Notes: generated from the sequence alone by a model not told the origin. Positions 10,298 through 20,333 are shown, numbered from the stretch's first letter. The stretch is DNA of 64,000 nt from Terriglobia bacterium (GCA_965206645.1 CBDBKE010000003.1:448001-512000), one strand, 5' to 3'. Numbers and translations: made by a program.

Positions 10298-12076
10298 CTA
10301 CTTGGCTTTGACAGTTCGTGTCGCCGCCGGTTTGCGCCCGACCTCCGCCTGCAGCCCTGTCCGGTTGATGAACCACTGCTGTCCTATGCCGACCACATTG
10401 CCCACCAGCCAGTAGAGCACCAGACCGCTGGAGAAGCTAAGAAACATCACGCCGAAGAACAGCGGCATCAGGGTGAACATCTTCCGTTGCATCGGGTCGG
10501 TGGTCGTCATCGGCGTCATCTTCTGCAAGGCAAACATGGTCGCTGTCATCACGATCGGTAGCACGTAAGTGGGGTCCTTGGCCGAAAGGTCCGGGATCCA
10601 GAGCCAGTGGGCATGACGCATCTCGATGGAGACGATCAGGACGTTATAGAAGCCTAAGAAGAAGGGAAGCTGGAGCAGCATCGGGAAGCAGCCACCGATG
10701 GGGTTGACCCCATGCTTCCGGTACAGATCCATGACTTCCTTGTTCATTTCCTGCTTCTTGGGATCGTTGAACTTCAACTTCTTGTATTTCTCCTGGACGG
10801 CCTTCACCTGCGGAGCGATCTTTTGCATCTTCAGCGCCGACTTCATGCTTTTCAGCTTGAGCGGAAACAGCACGAAGTTGATCACGATCGTGAGCAGGAC
10901 GATGGCCCAGCCATAATTGGTAACTACATGGCTGTAAATCCACTTCAGGGCCAGCAACATCGGCTTGGCAATAAAAGCGAACCAGCCGTAATCCACCAGT
11001 TCCACCAGGGTTATAACCGGCTCGCCGCGGCTTTGCCTCTGCTGGGCGCCCGGTTCGGGAAAAACTTCCTGCAGCACCTCCACGGCCTTGGGCCCCACGA
11101 ACGCGCGCATCTTGTTCTGGGCCGAGCCGCCGACGCTGACCCCGAGCAGCCCCGTGGCGGCCTCTACCCCTTCCGGCTGGTACTCGGAGCGGAAGGTTCG
11201 CAGACGAGTGATCGTGGCACCCTCGTTCCCTTCCGACGACGGCATGAACACCGCCGCGAAAAACCGGTCTTCAATCCCGGCGTAGAGCCAAGGCCCGCCG
11301 CTGGACTTGCTTTCCGGATCCTTGATTTCCGCGTAGGGCTGTCGCTGCACCTCGCTGGGCAGCGCGCTGATCACTCCGGTACTTAGATGGCTGTCCGGCA
11401 CGGTACGGTCGCCAAAGCTGCCGCGCCAGGCCAGCTCGTGTTCCACCGGGTTTCCATTTTGATGGACCTGCGAAGTCACCTCCACCACGTAGCTGTTGCG
11501 CCGGAAGCGGAACTGCTTGCGGGCAGAAACGACGCCATCGCTGTACTCGAAGGTGACCGTGACGGGCGGGCGTCTGCCACTCGCCTTTACCTCAAACAGC
11601 CCGTCATTCAGCTGCTGGCGCAGCTCTTCCTGCTCTTGCTCTGTCCAGACGATGAAGGGATAACCCAACGCGTCCGCGGCCGGCTGGTTCACGAGTTCCA
11701 GCGAACGCCCCTTGCCGTCCTGGTAGTGCTTTAGCTTCCAGCTCTTGACTACGCCGCCGCGGTTGGAGAGTTCGACTCGGTACAGGTCGTCCTCCACGAC
11801 GAATTTCTTCTCCTCCGAAGCCTGCCTCGGGGGACCAACCGGGGCGGCGGCCGGCGGCGCCCCCGGTTCAGAAGCCAGTTCAGAAGTTGGCGCCGCCTGT
11901 TCAGCAGCTCCAGCAGCCGGTTCAGAACGAGGAGCCGCGCGCTCGGCTGGAGCTGGCGTCGGCGGCCGTGTCGGCGGCGGATTCCGCGGGGCTAACAACA
12001 GCAACACCACTGCAGAGAGCGCGAACGCCAGCAATACGCGCAACTGCAACGACGAGTCGCCGTTCGAACTTGGCAT
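10298..12076 (-). CDS. yidC: membrane protein insertase YidC
   Basis: Large periplasmic domain, NYGWAIVLLT, GVNPIGGCFPMLLQLP, WLWIPDLS, GLVLYW. Confidence 0.97.
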   Translation of the reverse strand: MPSSNGDSSLQLRVLLAFALSAVVLLLLAPRNPPPTRPPTPAPAERAAPRSEPAAGAAEQAAPTSELASEPGAPPAAAPVGPPRQASEEKKFVVEDDLYRVELSNRGGVVKSWKLKHYQDGKGRSLELVNQPAADALGYPFIVWTEQEQEELRQQLNDGLFEVKASGRRPPVTVTFEYSDGVVSARKQFRFRRNSYVVEVTSQVHQNGNPVEHELAWRGSFGDRTVPDSHLSTGVISALPSEVQRQPYAEIKDPESKSSGGPWLYAGIEDRFFAAVFMPSSEGNEGATITRLRTFRSEYQPEGVEAATGLLGVSVGGSAQNKMRAFVGPKAVEVLQEVFPEPGAQQRQSRGEPVITLVELVDYGWFAFIAKPMLLALKWIYSHVVTNYGWAIVLLTIVINFVLFPLKLKSMKSALKMQKIAPQVKAVQEKYKKLKFNDPKKQEMNKEVMDLYRKHGVNPIGGCFPMLLQLPFFLGFYNVLIVSIEMRHAHWLWIPDLSAKDPTYVLPIVMTATMFALQKMTPMTTTDPMQRKMFTLMPLFFGVMFLSFSSGLVLYWLVGNVVGIGQQWFINRTGLQAEVGRKPAATRTVKAK

Positions 12077-12097
12077 CAGATTCCTATCCGTATCTTC

Positions 12098-12122
12098 CTA
12101 TCCACAGCAGGCTATCCACAGC
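12098..12122 (+). repeat. two CTATCCACAGC direct repeats (14-bp period), each a one-mismatch DnaA box
   Basis: CTATCCACA at 12098-12106 and 12112-12120 versus consensus TTATCCACA. Confidence 0.6.
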
Positions 12123-12143
12123 CGGGGCTTACCGCCCAGGAGC

Positions 12144-12356
12144 CTATTCGACCGGGTCATAGCCACCGGGATGAAACGGGCGGCATCGCCACAGCCGCCG
12201 GGCTGACATCCAACTGCCCCTCGCGGTGCCGTGGCGGCCAACGGCCTGGATGGCGTATTCCGAGCAGGTCGGGTAGAACTTGCACGCAGAAGGCAACACC
12301 GGCGAAATCACGCTTTTGTAAAAATGCAGCAGAGCCAGCAGCAGCGCCCGACCCAT
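12144..12356 (-). CDS. yidD: membrane protein insertion efficiency factor YidD
   Basis: [11 protein letters not shown]...[13 protein letters not shown]. Confidence 0.95.
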   Translation of the reverse strand: MGRALLLALLHFYKSVISPVLPSACKFYPTCSEYAIQAVGRHGTARGSWMSARRLWRCRPFHPGGYDPVE

Positions 12357-12739
12357 TAGGGCTTGCCTCCCCTGCCCAACACGGACTCGAATAGGCGCGA
12401 CACTTCCTTCTCCAGCCGGGAAAACTCCACGTCAAAAACGCTTCGGCGGGGATGGAAAACGACGTTCCATCCCGGACCAATCTTCCGCAGGTGCAGGCGG
12501 ACTGCCTCCCGCATCCGGCGCTTGATCCGATTGCGCCGTACTGCTCTGCCCAGCCCGCGTCCGACGGTGAAGCCTACCTTGCTGGTAGCCGACCCGGTTT
12601 GAAGCAGGAACGCTGAGAAGAGTGGAAAACTATACCTGCGGCCTGCCGAATATATCTGATCAAACTCGCTGCGTTTTCGCAACCGCGCTGTGCGCGGCCA
12701 CCTTCGAGGGCTTCCCACGCTGCCAGCAGGCGGTACCAT
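12356..12739 (-). CDS. rnpA: ribonuclease P protein component
   Basis: [14 protein letters not shown] and [17 protein letters not shown] motif; ATG 12739 chosen because it lies downstream of the rpmH stop. Confidence 0.92.
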   Translation of the reverse strand: MVPPAGSVGSPRRWPRTARLRKRSEFDQIYSAGRRYSFPLFSAFLLQTGSATSKVGFTVGRGLGRAVRRNRIKRRMREAVRLHLRKIGPGWNVVFHPRRSVFDVEFSRLEKEVSRLFESVLGRGGKP

Positions 12740-12752
12740 CACCTCTGGGGGA

Positions 12753-12890
12753 TCAGACGGCGAGCCGGCTGCGGCCTTTCCTCCGTCTTGCGGCCAGGGT
12801 TCTACGGCCACCTTTGGTCTTCATCCGCGACCGGAATCCGTGCGTCTTGGCGCGCCGACGCGTGTTGGGCTGGAAGGTTCGTTTGGGCAT
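12753..12890 (-). CDS. rpmH: 50S ribosomal protein L34 (absent from ORF track)
   Basis: Hand translation: [45 protein letters not shown]; AGGAG RBS. Confidence 0.97.
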   Translation of the reverse strand: MPKRTFQPNTRRRAKTHGFRSRMKTKGGRRTLAARRRKGRSRLAV

Positions 12891-12939
12891 GAACGTTTAG
12901 ACTCCTGAGATGGAAAGCACCACCCGCCGCAAAAGAACA

Positions 12940-12968
12940 ATTGTAAGAACGGATGTCGAAAAGGTCAA
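12940..12968 (-). promoter_or_regulatory. sigma70-type promoter of the rpmH operon
   Basis: TTGACC-17 nt-TACAAT on the minus strand. Confidence 0.75.
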
Positions 12969-13097
12969 GGACGACGACCCCGAGTTTACTGCTAAGCGAC
13001 AAGAAACAAAGCAGATTTTGAGTTTGGTTCAAGCCTACTCGTTATGTTATGTTCGACCGCCTCTCAATCTACTTCACCGAAGGCGGCAGAAAACGCC

Positions 13098-14465
13098 ATG
13101 GCCAGTGTCCCATCGCCCGGCTCTACCGGCTTGCCCTTGAGCGCAGCCAACGATGCCTGGCAGCAGGTCCTTCGACTGGTGAAGGAGACGGTGGACCCGC
13201 AGAACTTCGCAACCTGGTTGCAGCCTGCCCGAGCTAGCCTGATTCGGGACGCCACGCTCTACGTCCGGGTCCCCAACCACACCTTCAAGGACTGGATTGA
13301 AGCCCACTACCGCAACTGCATCGAGGAAGCAATCCGGGCGCTAGGCCTGCCTGTCCGCCGAGTGGAGTTTGCACCCGAGAGCGCGCGGGAGGAGCAGTGG
13401 ACGGCACCACCGCGCCGTCCCGCCGCAACCACAGAAGACAGATGGTTCTCCTCTGCGCTAAACCCCAGGTACAGCTTTTCCGCGTTCGTGGTGGGCGCCT
13501 CAAACCAGTTCGCACACGCTGCCGCCTCGCGTGTCGCTCACGACCCCGGCTGCTCCTACAATCCGCTCTTCCTGTACGGCGGTGTGGGACTGGGCAAGAC
13601 CCACTTAATGCATGCCATCGGGCACGAACTGCGCCAGCGTTTTCCACATTGGCGGGTGGTGTACGTTTCAGCAGAGCGGTTTACCAACGAGATGGTGCAG
13701 TCGCTGAAGAACGACCGGATGGTCACCTTCCACGAGCGCTTCCGGCACATTGACACGCTGCTGGTGGATGACGTGCAGTTCCTTAGCGGAAAAGAGGGAA
13801 CTCAGGAGGAGTTCTTCCACACCTTCAACACGCTTTACGAGCGCCAGAAACAGATCGTGCTCTCCAGCGACCGGCCTCCGAAGGAGATCCCGCGGGTTGA
13901 GGAGCGGCTGCGTTCCCGCTTTGGGTGCGGGCTGATCGCCGACATCCAGCCCCCCGACCTGGAGACACGGCTGGCCATCCTCATGAAGAAAGCGGAAGCA
14001 GAGGCGTTCTTGCTACCAGAAAAGGTCGCTCTGTTTGTCGCCATGCACGTGAAGTCTAACATCCGGGAGCTAGAGGGTTCGCTCATCCGTCTGATGGCCT
14101 ATGCTTCCCTCACCGGGGAGGACATCACCGAGTCAATGGCTCAGCAAATTCTAAAGGACCTGGTGGAAACTCAAGGCAAGCAAGTAACGATCGAGTTGAT
14201 TCAAAGGAGCGTGTGTGAGCACTACAATCTCCGCCTGAATGAGTTGAAGGCCAAGGACAACTCCCAGCGCGTTGTAGTCCCTCGTCAGGTTGCCATGTGG
14301 ATGGCTCGCCGACTAACACAGGCATCGCTGCCGGAAATAGCTAGAGCCTTTGGTGACAGGCACCACACAACGGTGCTGCACTCTATCGCCAAGATTTCGA
14401 AACACCGCCTGGTTGACAAAGATTTGAACAAGACATTGAATCGGCTCTTGGCCTGTTTTCAATAA
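13098..14465 (+). CDS. dnaA: chromosomal replication initiator DnaA
   Basis: LNPRYSF, YNPLFLYGGVGLGKTHL, LLVDDVQFL, QEEFFHTFN and domain IV HHTTVLHS. Confidence 0.98.
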   Translation: MASVPSPGSTGLPLSAANDAWQQVLRLVKETVDPQNFATWLQPARASLIRDATLYVRVPNHTFKDWIEAHYRNCIEEAIRALGLPVRRVEFAPESAREEQWTAPPRRPAATTEDRWFSSALNPRYSFSAFVVGASNQFAHAAASRVAHDPGCSYNPLFLYGGVGLGKTHLMHAIGHELRQRFPHWRVVYVSAERFTNEMVQSLKNDRMVTFHERFRHIDTLLVDDVQFLSGKEGTQEEFFHTFNTLYERQKQIVLSSDRPPKEIPRVEERLRSRFGCGLIADIQPPDLETRLAILMKKAEAEAFLLPEKVALFVAMHVKSNIRELEGSLIRLMAYASLTGEDITESMAQQILKDLVETQGKQVTIELIQRSVCEHYNLRLNELKAKDNSQRVVVPRQVAMWMARRLTQASLPEIARAFGDRHHTTVLHSIAKISKHRLVDKDLNKTLNRLLACFQ

Positions 14466-14738
14466 GTTAGCTTAGTACATAAAATGTGCTTGTGTATAAC
14501 TTATGAACACTTGTGCGGCTTGGCCTATAGGCACATCATAGACAAGACCTTCCGCAGGATATCCACAGGCTACGTTGCCAGCAAGCCTTTACCAAACAGG
14601 AAGATGTCTTGGTTTCCACAATTTTGGCTACACTACTACTACTATTGATTTATATAAGTAGTTATAGATAGTAATAACAGTAGACTTCAAGCTGAGGGTG
14701 GCGGGACGCTCTCCAAGCGGGATAGGGAGGTGAGCTAA
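14466..14738. other. replication origin oriC (DnaA boxes, DnaA-trios, AT-rich DUE)
   Basis: dnaA-dnaN intergenic region: TGTGTATAA 14491, TTATGAACA 14501, ATATCCACA 14559, GTTTCCACA 14612, then CTACACTACTACTACTATT trios and an AT-rich tract to about 14685. Confidence 0.9.
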
Positions 14739-15848
14739 ATGGAGTTCACGGTCAGCAAATCAGACCTCGTAAAAGAACTGAGTTTGGCCCAGGGTGTTGT
14801 CGAAAAAAAGACCACAATCCCAATCCTATCGAACATGCTAATCGAGGCAAGTGGGGAAGCCATTGAACTGACGGCGACAGACCTGGAGATCGGCCTGCGC
14901 AGTTCTTGCCCAGCCAAGGTGGCCACACCTGGTTCAGTGACAGTGCCGGCTAAGAAGCTGCTGGACTACGTCCGGTTGCTGGATGAGGGGACAGTAGCAA
15001 TGCGGCTGCTGGAGAATTTCTGGGTCCAGATCAAGGCCAAGCATTCGGTGACACGCATGGTAGGGATGTCACGAGAAAACTTCCCAGCGCTACCTCCTTT
15101 GCCCAGTGCCCTGACTAGCATTCCGGCTGGCACGTTACTAGACCTAATTGGCAAGACTATCTTTGCGATCTCTAGCGAGGAGTCCCGCTACACGCTGAAC
15201 GGAGCCCTGCTGCTAATTGGGGCCGATTCGCTGTGCATGATCGCGACGGATGGCCACCGCTTGGCGCACATCGAAAACTCTTACTCTTCAGGGGTGTCCG
15301 CCGAGGCGCGTGCGCTGGTGCCGAAAAAAGCCCTGGGGGAGATTCAGCGCTTAGTGGGCGAGGTAGCGCCAGACACACAAGTGGAATTTGGCCGAGATGA
15401 GAGCCATCTGTTCTTCCGCGTCGGGAGCCGGCTGTTAATCTCGCGGATGCTCACCGGGCAGTTTCCCAATTACGAGGCCGTCCTGCCGAAGGAGAACAAC
15501 CGGGCGGTAGTGTTGGACCGCGAGCAGGTAACGGCTGCCCTGCGGCGCGTTTCCCAGTTTGCCGACGAGCGTTCCCACGCTGTCCGCATGCAACTCGGGC
15601 CCAATGAAGTGAAGCTCTCCTCCTCGAGTTCGGAGTCCGGGGAGTCCGAGGAGACACTGGAAACGGAGTACTCAGCTGAGCCTCTGCAGATCGGCTTCAA
15701 CTCCCAATACCTGCTGGACTTTCTGGCGGCTGCGAACAGCGGCCCGGTGTGCTTTGAGTTCAAGGACGAGCAGTCGGCGGGCCAGTTGCGCCCGGCGGGC
15801 GAGGACGGCGGGCGCTACCGCTACGTCGTCATGCCCATGCGCATTTGA
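14739..15848 (+). CDS. dnaN: DNA polymerase III beta sliding clamp
   Basis: TIPILSN, ATDLEIG, ATDGHRLA, GFNSQYLLD and C-terminal VVMPMRI. Confidence 0.98.
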   Translation: MEFTVSKSDLVKELSLAQGVVEKKTTIPILSNMLIEASGEAIELTATDLEIGLRSSCPAKVATPGSVTVPAKKLLDYVRLLDEGTVAMRLLENFWVQIKAKHSVTRMVGMSRENFPALPPLPSALTSIPAGTLLDLIGKTIFAISSEESRYTLNGALLLIGADSLCMIATDGHRLAHIENSYSSGVSAEARALVPKKALGEIQRLVGEVAPDTQVEFGRDESHLFFRVGSRLLISRMLTGQFPNYEAVLPKENNRAVVLDREQVTAALRRVSQFADERSHAVRMQLGPNEVKLSSSSSESGESEETLETEYSAEPLQIGFNSQYLLDFLAAANSGPVCFEFKDEQSAGQLRPAGEDGGRYRYVVMPMRI

Positions 15849-15887
15849 TCTGGCGCGCGGAAGCCAGCGGGGCGGCGGTTTAGCAGC

Positions 15888-16199
15888 CTAGTCCAGGTCA
15901 ATGTCGCGCGGCGGGGGAGGGGCAGGCGGCTCCTCCTTGGCTTTCTCCAGGGCTTCCTCAAACTTCCGCTCCAGCAGCTTGCCGCGATCGCGCTCGGCTT
16001 TGAAGGATTTTTGGAACTGCTCCTCGCGGCGGCTTTCCTTTTCCTGCAGGGTGCGTGCCGCCTGGGCCAGGTCGGAGACCTGTCGAGCCTTGGGAGGTGG
16101 CTCGTGGGAAACGACTGCGCGGACTTCCGGGTTAACCCGAAGGCGTGCGCCGCAGCAGGGGCAGGTAATGTCGAACGTTCTCAGCTTAGCGGCCCTCAG
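15888..16199 (-). CDS. small CPCC/coiled-coil hypothetical protein with no canonical start (absent from ORF track)
   Basis: Open frame LRAAKLRTFDITCPCCGARLRVNPEVRAVVSHEPPP...KFEEALEKAKEEPPAPPPPRDIDLD*; only CTG (or ATT) available after an upstream in-frame TAA. Confidence 0.75.
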   Translation of the reverse strand: MRAAKLRTFDITCPCCGARLRVNPEVRAVVSHEPPPKARQVSDLAQAARTLQEKESRREEQFQKSFKAERDRGKLLERKFEEALEKAKEEPPAPPPPRDIDLD

Positions 16200-16234
16200 C
16201 TTAACCCCCTTAGCTTAACCCCCTCAACTTAACC
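16182..16234 (-). repeat. 14-bp tandem repeat x3 plus a degenerate fourth copy at the HDAC / small ORF junction
   Basis: Minus strand GGTTAAGTTGAGGG GGTTAAGCTAAGGG GGTTAAGCTGAGGG CCGCTAAGCTGA. Confidence 0.9.
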
Positions 16235-17192
16235 AAGGCTGTTCCCCGGTAGCCCCGGTAGCGGTTGCTCCTGGTCCGCGGGCAGGAGTCGAGCAGGCTG
16301 CCTTCAGTGCCAGCACGGTGTTGCTGTGAATTAGCACGGTGTCGGTCACTTGGCGGGCGTAACCTCCGGCTAGAGTGGCCATGACGGGTAGTCCTCTGCG
16401 CCGCGAGGTCGCTAACACCAGTTCATCCCTCCGCTGGAGCCCCCGCACGGTTAATCCCAGCCCGCCGAGTTGGTCCTCCTCATACGGGTCAGCGCCGGCC
16501 AGGTAGCAGACCAGCTCCGGTGTGAGCGATGCCAGTGCCTGCTCCAGCCCACCCCGCAGCAGCGCCAGGTACTCTTCGTCGCCGATGCCGTCTGGCAAGT
16601 TAATATCGAGGGTGCTGGGGGGCTTGGGCGTCGGATAGTTGTTTTCCTGATGCATGGAGAAGGTGAAGACGTCGGTGTCGCCGGCAAAGATGGCGGCCGT
16701 GCCATTGCCTTGATGGACATCGCAGTCCACGATCAACGCCCGCTCAAGCCGCCCGTCTTTTTGCAGGCGGCGCACGGCAATGGCGACGTCGTTGATGGCG
16801 CAGAAGCCCTCCCCATGGTCCGCGAAGGCGTGGTGGAAGCCGCCGCACAGGTTCATGGCCGCGCCCTGCTCCAACGCCTGACGGCAAGCCAGAATCGAGC
16901 CGCCGGCTGAGCGCCAGAAAGCTCGCACTAACTGCTCGGAATAGGGCACTTCCAGGCGCAGAAGTTCCGCGTAGCTGAGCGTGCCGTTGCGCAGCTTCCT
17001 CACCCAGTCCTCGGTGTGGACCAGCAGTACGTCCTCGTCGTCAGCCTCCGGCGGCGCCAGGAAATCTCTGGGCTCTGCCAGACCCTCGGCTAGCAGGCGC
17101 TCGTAGATGAGGCGATACTTTTGGGCCGGGAAGACATGCGCGCCCAAGTTGAGCTGGTAGGCTTCGGAATAGACAATCGGGAACGGCAGCAT
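16224..17192 (-). CDS. histone deacetylase family Zn-dependent deacylase
   Basis: GGFHHA, GFCAIND, DCDVHQGNGT, GADPY and GGY motifs. Confidence 0.95.
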   Translation of the reverse strand: MLPFPIVYSEAYQLNLGAHVFPAQKYRLIYERLLAEGLAEPRDFLAPPEADDEDVLLVHTEDWVRKLRNGTLSYAELLRLEVPYSEQLVRAFWRSAGGSILACRQALEQGAAMNLCGGFHHAFADHGEGFCAINDVAIAVRRLQKDGRLERALIVDCDVHQGNGTAAIFAGDTDVFTFSMHQENNYPTPKPPSTLDINLPDGIGDEEYLALLRGGLEQALASLTPELVCYLAGADPYEEDQLGGLGLTVRGLQRRDELVLATSRRRGLPVMATLAGGYARQVTDTVLIHSNTVLALKAACSTPARGPGATATGATGEQPWLS

Positions 17193-17233
17193 GATTCCTT
17201 GGGGGCTGATTGTAGCAGGGAACCTTGTTTAGA

Positions 17234-17275
17234 GTTTAGCAACCTGGGTTTAGCAACCTGGGTTCAGCAAGCTGG
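17234..17275 (+). repeat. 14-bp intergenic tandem repeat x3
   Basis: GTTTAGCAACCTGG GTTTAGCAACCTGG GTTCAGCAAGCTGG. Confidence 0.9.
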
Positions 17276-17410
17276 CAACGTGTCTGTGGAGAGCGGCGGA
17301 GGCGAAGCGGTGCCTCCGGAGAAGTGTGGCGGAGAGTGTGAAGCCTGCCCTGCCGGCCCCGTTTCCCATCGGACTCCGGTCTAGCCCTCCTGCGACGGAA
17401 GTCGCGCGGA

Positions 17411-17440
17411 TTGACTATCGTTTTGCGCCCAAGGTACTCT
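17411..17440 (+). promoter_or_regulatory. possible sigma70 promoter for the TPR gene
   Basis: TTGACT-18 nt-TACTCT. Confidence 0.45.
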
Positions 17441-17487
17441 TGGGGTATTCTCCAGGGGGGCAGCAGGCCCTGGGCTGCGGAGTCTTC

Positions 17488-20324
17488 ATGGCATTCAGTC
17501 TGGGCTTCAACAAGACAAAGGTCGTCGAGGCGGCGCAGAAGTACGTCCAGAAGGGGAAGATCCCGGCTGCCATCCAGGAATACCAGAAGGTTCTAGCCAA
17601 GGAGCCGCGCAACCTCGACATCTTGACCATCGTCGCCGGCCTGCACGAGAGCGCTGGCAACAAGGAAGAGGCCTTGAAGTGCTTGTACAAATTGGGCCAG
17701 GTTAACCTGCAGGCTGGTTTCGCCCGAAATGCAATCGCGTTCTACCGTCGGATCACCCGGATGGACCCCAACGCGATTGACGCTATCCTCCAGCTGGGCG
17801 AGTTGTACACACTTCAGGGGCAACTGAGCGATGCGAAGGCTCAATATCAGCGAGCCAGCGACTTCTTCTCTCAGCGCAATCAAGCCGACAAGTGCGTGGA
17901 AGTCATGGAGAAGATTCTGCTGTTGGATCCAGAGAACGTGGCCAGCAAGCAGCGCTTGGCCCAGATGTACCAAGAGGTCAACCGGAAGGACGATGCGGCC
18001 GGCATGTATCTGTCAGCCGCGCAGGGGTTAGCCGACATTGGCAATCGGACAGATGCCGAGAGCGTCCTCCAGCGAGTGCGCAACCTGGGCCTGTCCACCC
18101 CCGAGGTGCTGGTTCTGGAGGCGCGGATCCAGTTGGAGGACGACCGCCCCGCAGATGCCATCGCAACCCTGGAGCAAGTGCCCGAAGAGAGCGTCGACAG
18201 GGAGGCACTGAACCTCTTGTTCCAGGCCTGCCTGTACCTCGGTGGGAGACAACGGACGCGCTGCCACCGTGGCCCGGCGGTTGCTGGAAGAGCACGGGGA
18301 CGGCACCGGGCTGACCGTGGTCTGCGACCGCCTGCTAGAGGCAGGACAGCATGCCGAAGCGCTGGAGAACTACCGGCAACTCGGCGACGGCCTGATTGCC
18401 CAGGGGGAAACCGCGCCTCTGATCGAAGGCCTGAAGAAAATCGTCAGCTCGCTGCCTTCCAGCGTGGAAGCGTTGAGCCTGCTCCGGAGCGTCTACCAGA
18501 AAACCGAGCAGACCTCAGAGATCTCTGAGGTGAACGAACAACTTGCACACGCCTATGTCAATCAAGGCGACCATGCGCAGGCCCGCGACCTGTTCGAGGA
18601 ACTGGCCCGCCTGGAGCCGGAAAATCCACACCACCGGCAGAACCTGGAACAGATGGACACCAAGCTGGGCCGAGCTCCAGCGGCCGCCCCCCCCCTCGCC
18701 CGAAGCGGGTTTCGCCGAACAGGTGATGGGCGAGCCGACCCTGGCGGAGGAGCCGCTCACCGAAGAGGAACGGGAGGCATTGAACACCGCGGTCAACGAA
18801 AGCGACCTCTACCTGACGTATCGCCAGGTGGACAAGGCGATTCAACCTCTGGAAGCGATTTTGGAGCGCATGCCCCGGAATGCCATGTTGAACGAGCGCC
18901 TGCTGGACTTGTATGAGCGCGGAGAATACTACGTAAAGGCGGCGCAGCGCTGCGAGGTGCTGGCCGAAATCCATGTGCTGGCCGGGGCGGCGGAGACAGC
19001 CACTACTTATAGCGACAGGAAGGCGAAGTTCCAAGAGCGGGCCGGCACCGCGGTCCCAACTTCAGAGGCGCCGCCGGTCATCCCAGAGGTTCCCGAGTTC
19101 CCGGTAACCCCTCCCAGCGTCGATGTTTCCGAGGCCACGGCCCCCGCGGCGGACACCGCGGCTGGCGTGCGGGAAGTGGACTTGTCAAACTGGGAACAGA
19201 TGATGGGCACCCCCGTAGAGGCGCCGCCTCCGGCAGAAGTACCGCCTCCTGAGGAGCCGGCACCCGCCGCTGCAGCGCCCGAGCTTGCGGGCGCGGCTGA
19301 AGAGGTCGAATTCTACCTGCAGGCCGGCTTGGTCTCCGAGGCTACCACCTCACTGGCGCGCCTCCAGGAGCTTTATCCTGGCTCGCCGGAGGTGGAGCAG
19401 CTGGCCGAAAAGGTAGCCATAGCAGCCATGGGCGCACCGGCCGCCGAGGAGGCTGCGACGCCAGCCGCCCCACCCGTCGAGGAAGCAGCGCCGGTTCCCC
19501 CGCCTCAACCTAAGCCTGTGGCGGCGCCGCCGGAGCCCGCTCCCCCGCCGCCTTCCCCACCAAAGCCAGCTCCTCCGGCGGCTGCTCCGCGTCAGCAAGA
19601 ATTCGTTCTCTCGCTGGAGGAGCAGCCGGCCGAAGATGGCTTCCAGTTGTCGCTGGATGAAGAATCGGCACCACCCCCGGCCGCTGCCGTGCCACCCCCG
19701 GCTGCGCCACCCTCCCCGGCGGCCGCGGCTCCCACCGGCTTTGACGGCCTAGTGGGCGCGCTCGAGGAGGAGCTTTCCGATGTTGCGCAACCGCCGCCCA
19801 AGGCCGCTGCTCCGCCCCCAAAGCCGCCGCCGGCTGCGCCTCCTGCCCCCTCACCTCCTTCGGCAGCTCCCGAAGGGGCTGGGGCGCTGACCGAAGTGTT
19901 TGATGAGTTTAAGGCGGGCATGGAAGACGCTACCGCGGAGGCCGACATCGAAACGCATTTCAACATGGGTGTGGCCTTCAAGGAAATGAACCTGCTGGAT
20001 GAGGCCATTGGAGAATTTCAAAAGGCCTACCAGGCGGCCGAGCGCGCCAAGAGCTATTCCAACTACGTCCGCTGCTGCAGTCTGCTAGCCCATTGCTTCC
20101 TGGAAAAGAACCTGCCACCCCTGGCCGTGCGTTGGCTGGAGAATGCGCTGAAGGCACCCGGCCTGGACCAGGAGGACATCGTGGCGGTGCGTTACGAGAT
20201 CGGCGCCGCCCACGAAATGGCAGGCGACAAGAAAGCGGCGCTGAGCAGCTTCATGGACGTCTACTCCCACAACATCGACTACAGGGACGTGGCCGAACGC
20301 ATCCGCGAGCTGCAGGGAAAGTAG
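17488..20324 (+). pseudogene. large TPR protein (N-terminal TPR array, Pro/Ala linker, C-terminal TPR) split by two +1 frameshifts
   Basis: Three overlapping TPR-like ORFs (17488-, 18242-, 18543-); shifts explained by a GCCT duplication at 18226-18233 and a C9 run at 18687-18695. Confidence 0.8.
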
Positions 20325-20333
20325 TGCTCCTCT

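Noticed and set aside
19380-19880. Pro/Ala-rich low-complexity DNA as a repeat element
   Set aside because: Ordinary disordered linker within the TPR protein; no fixed unit
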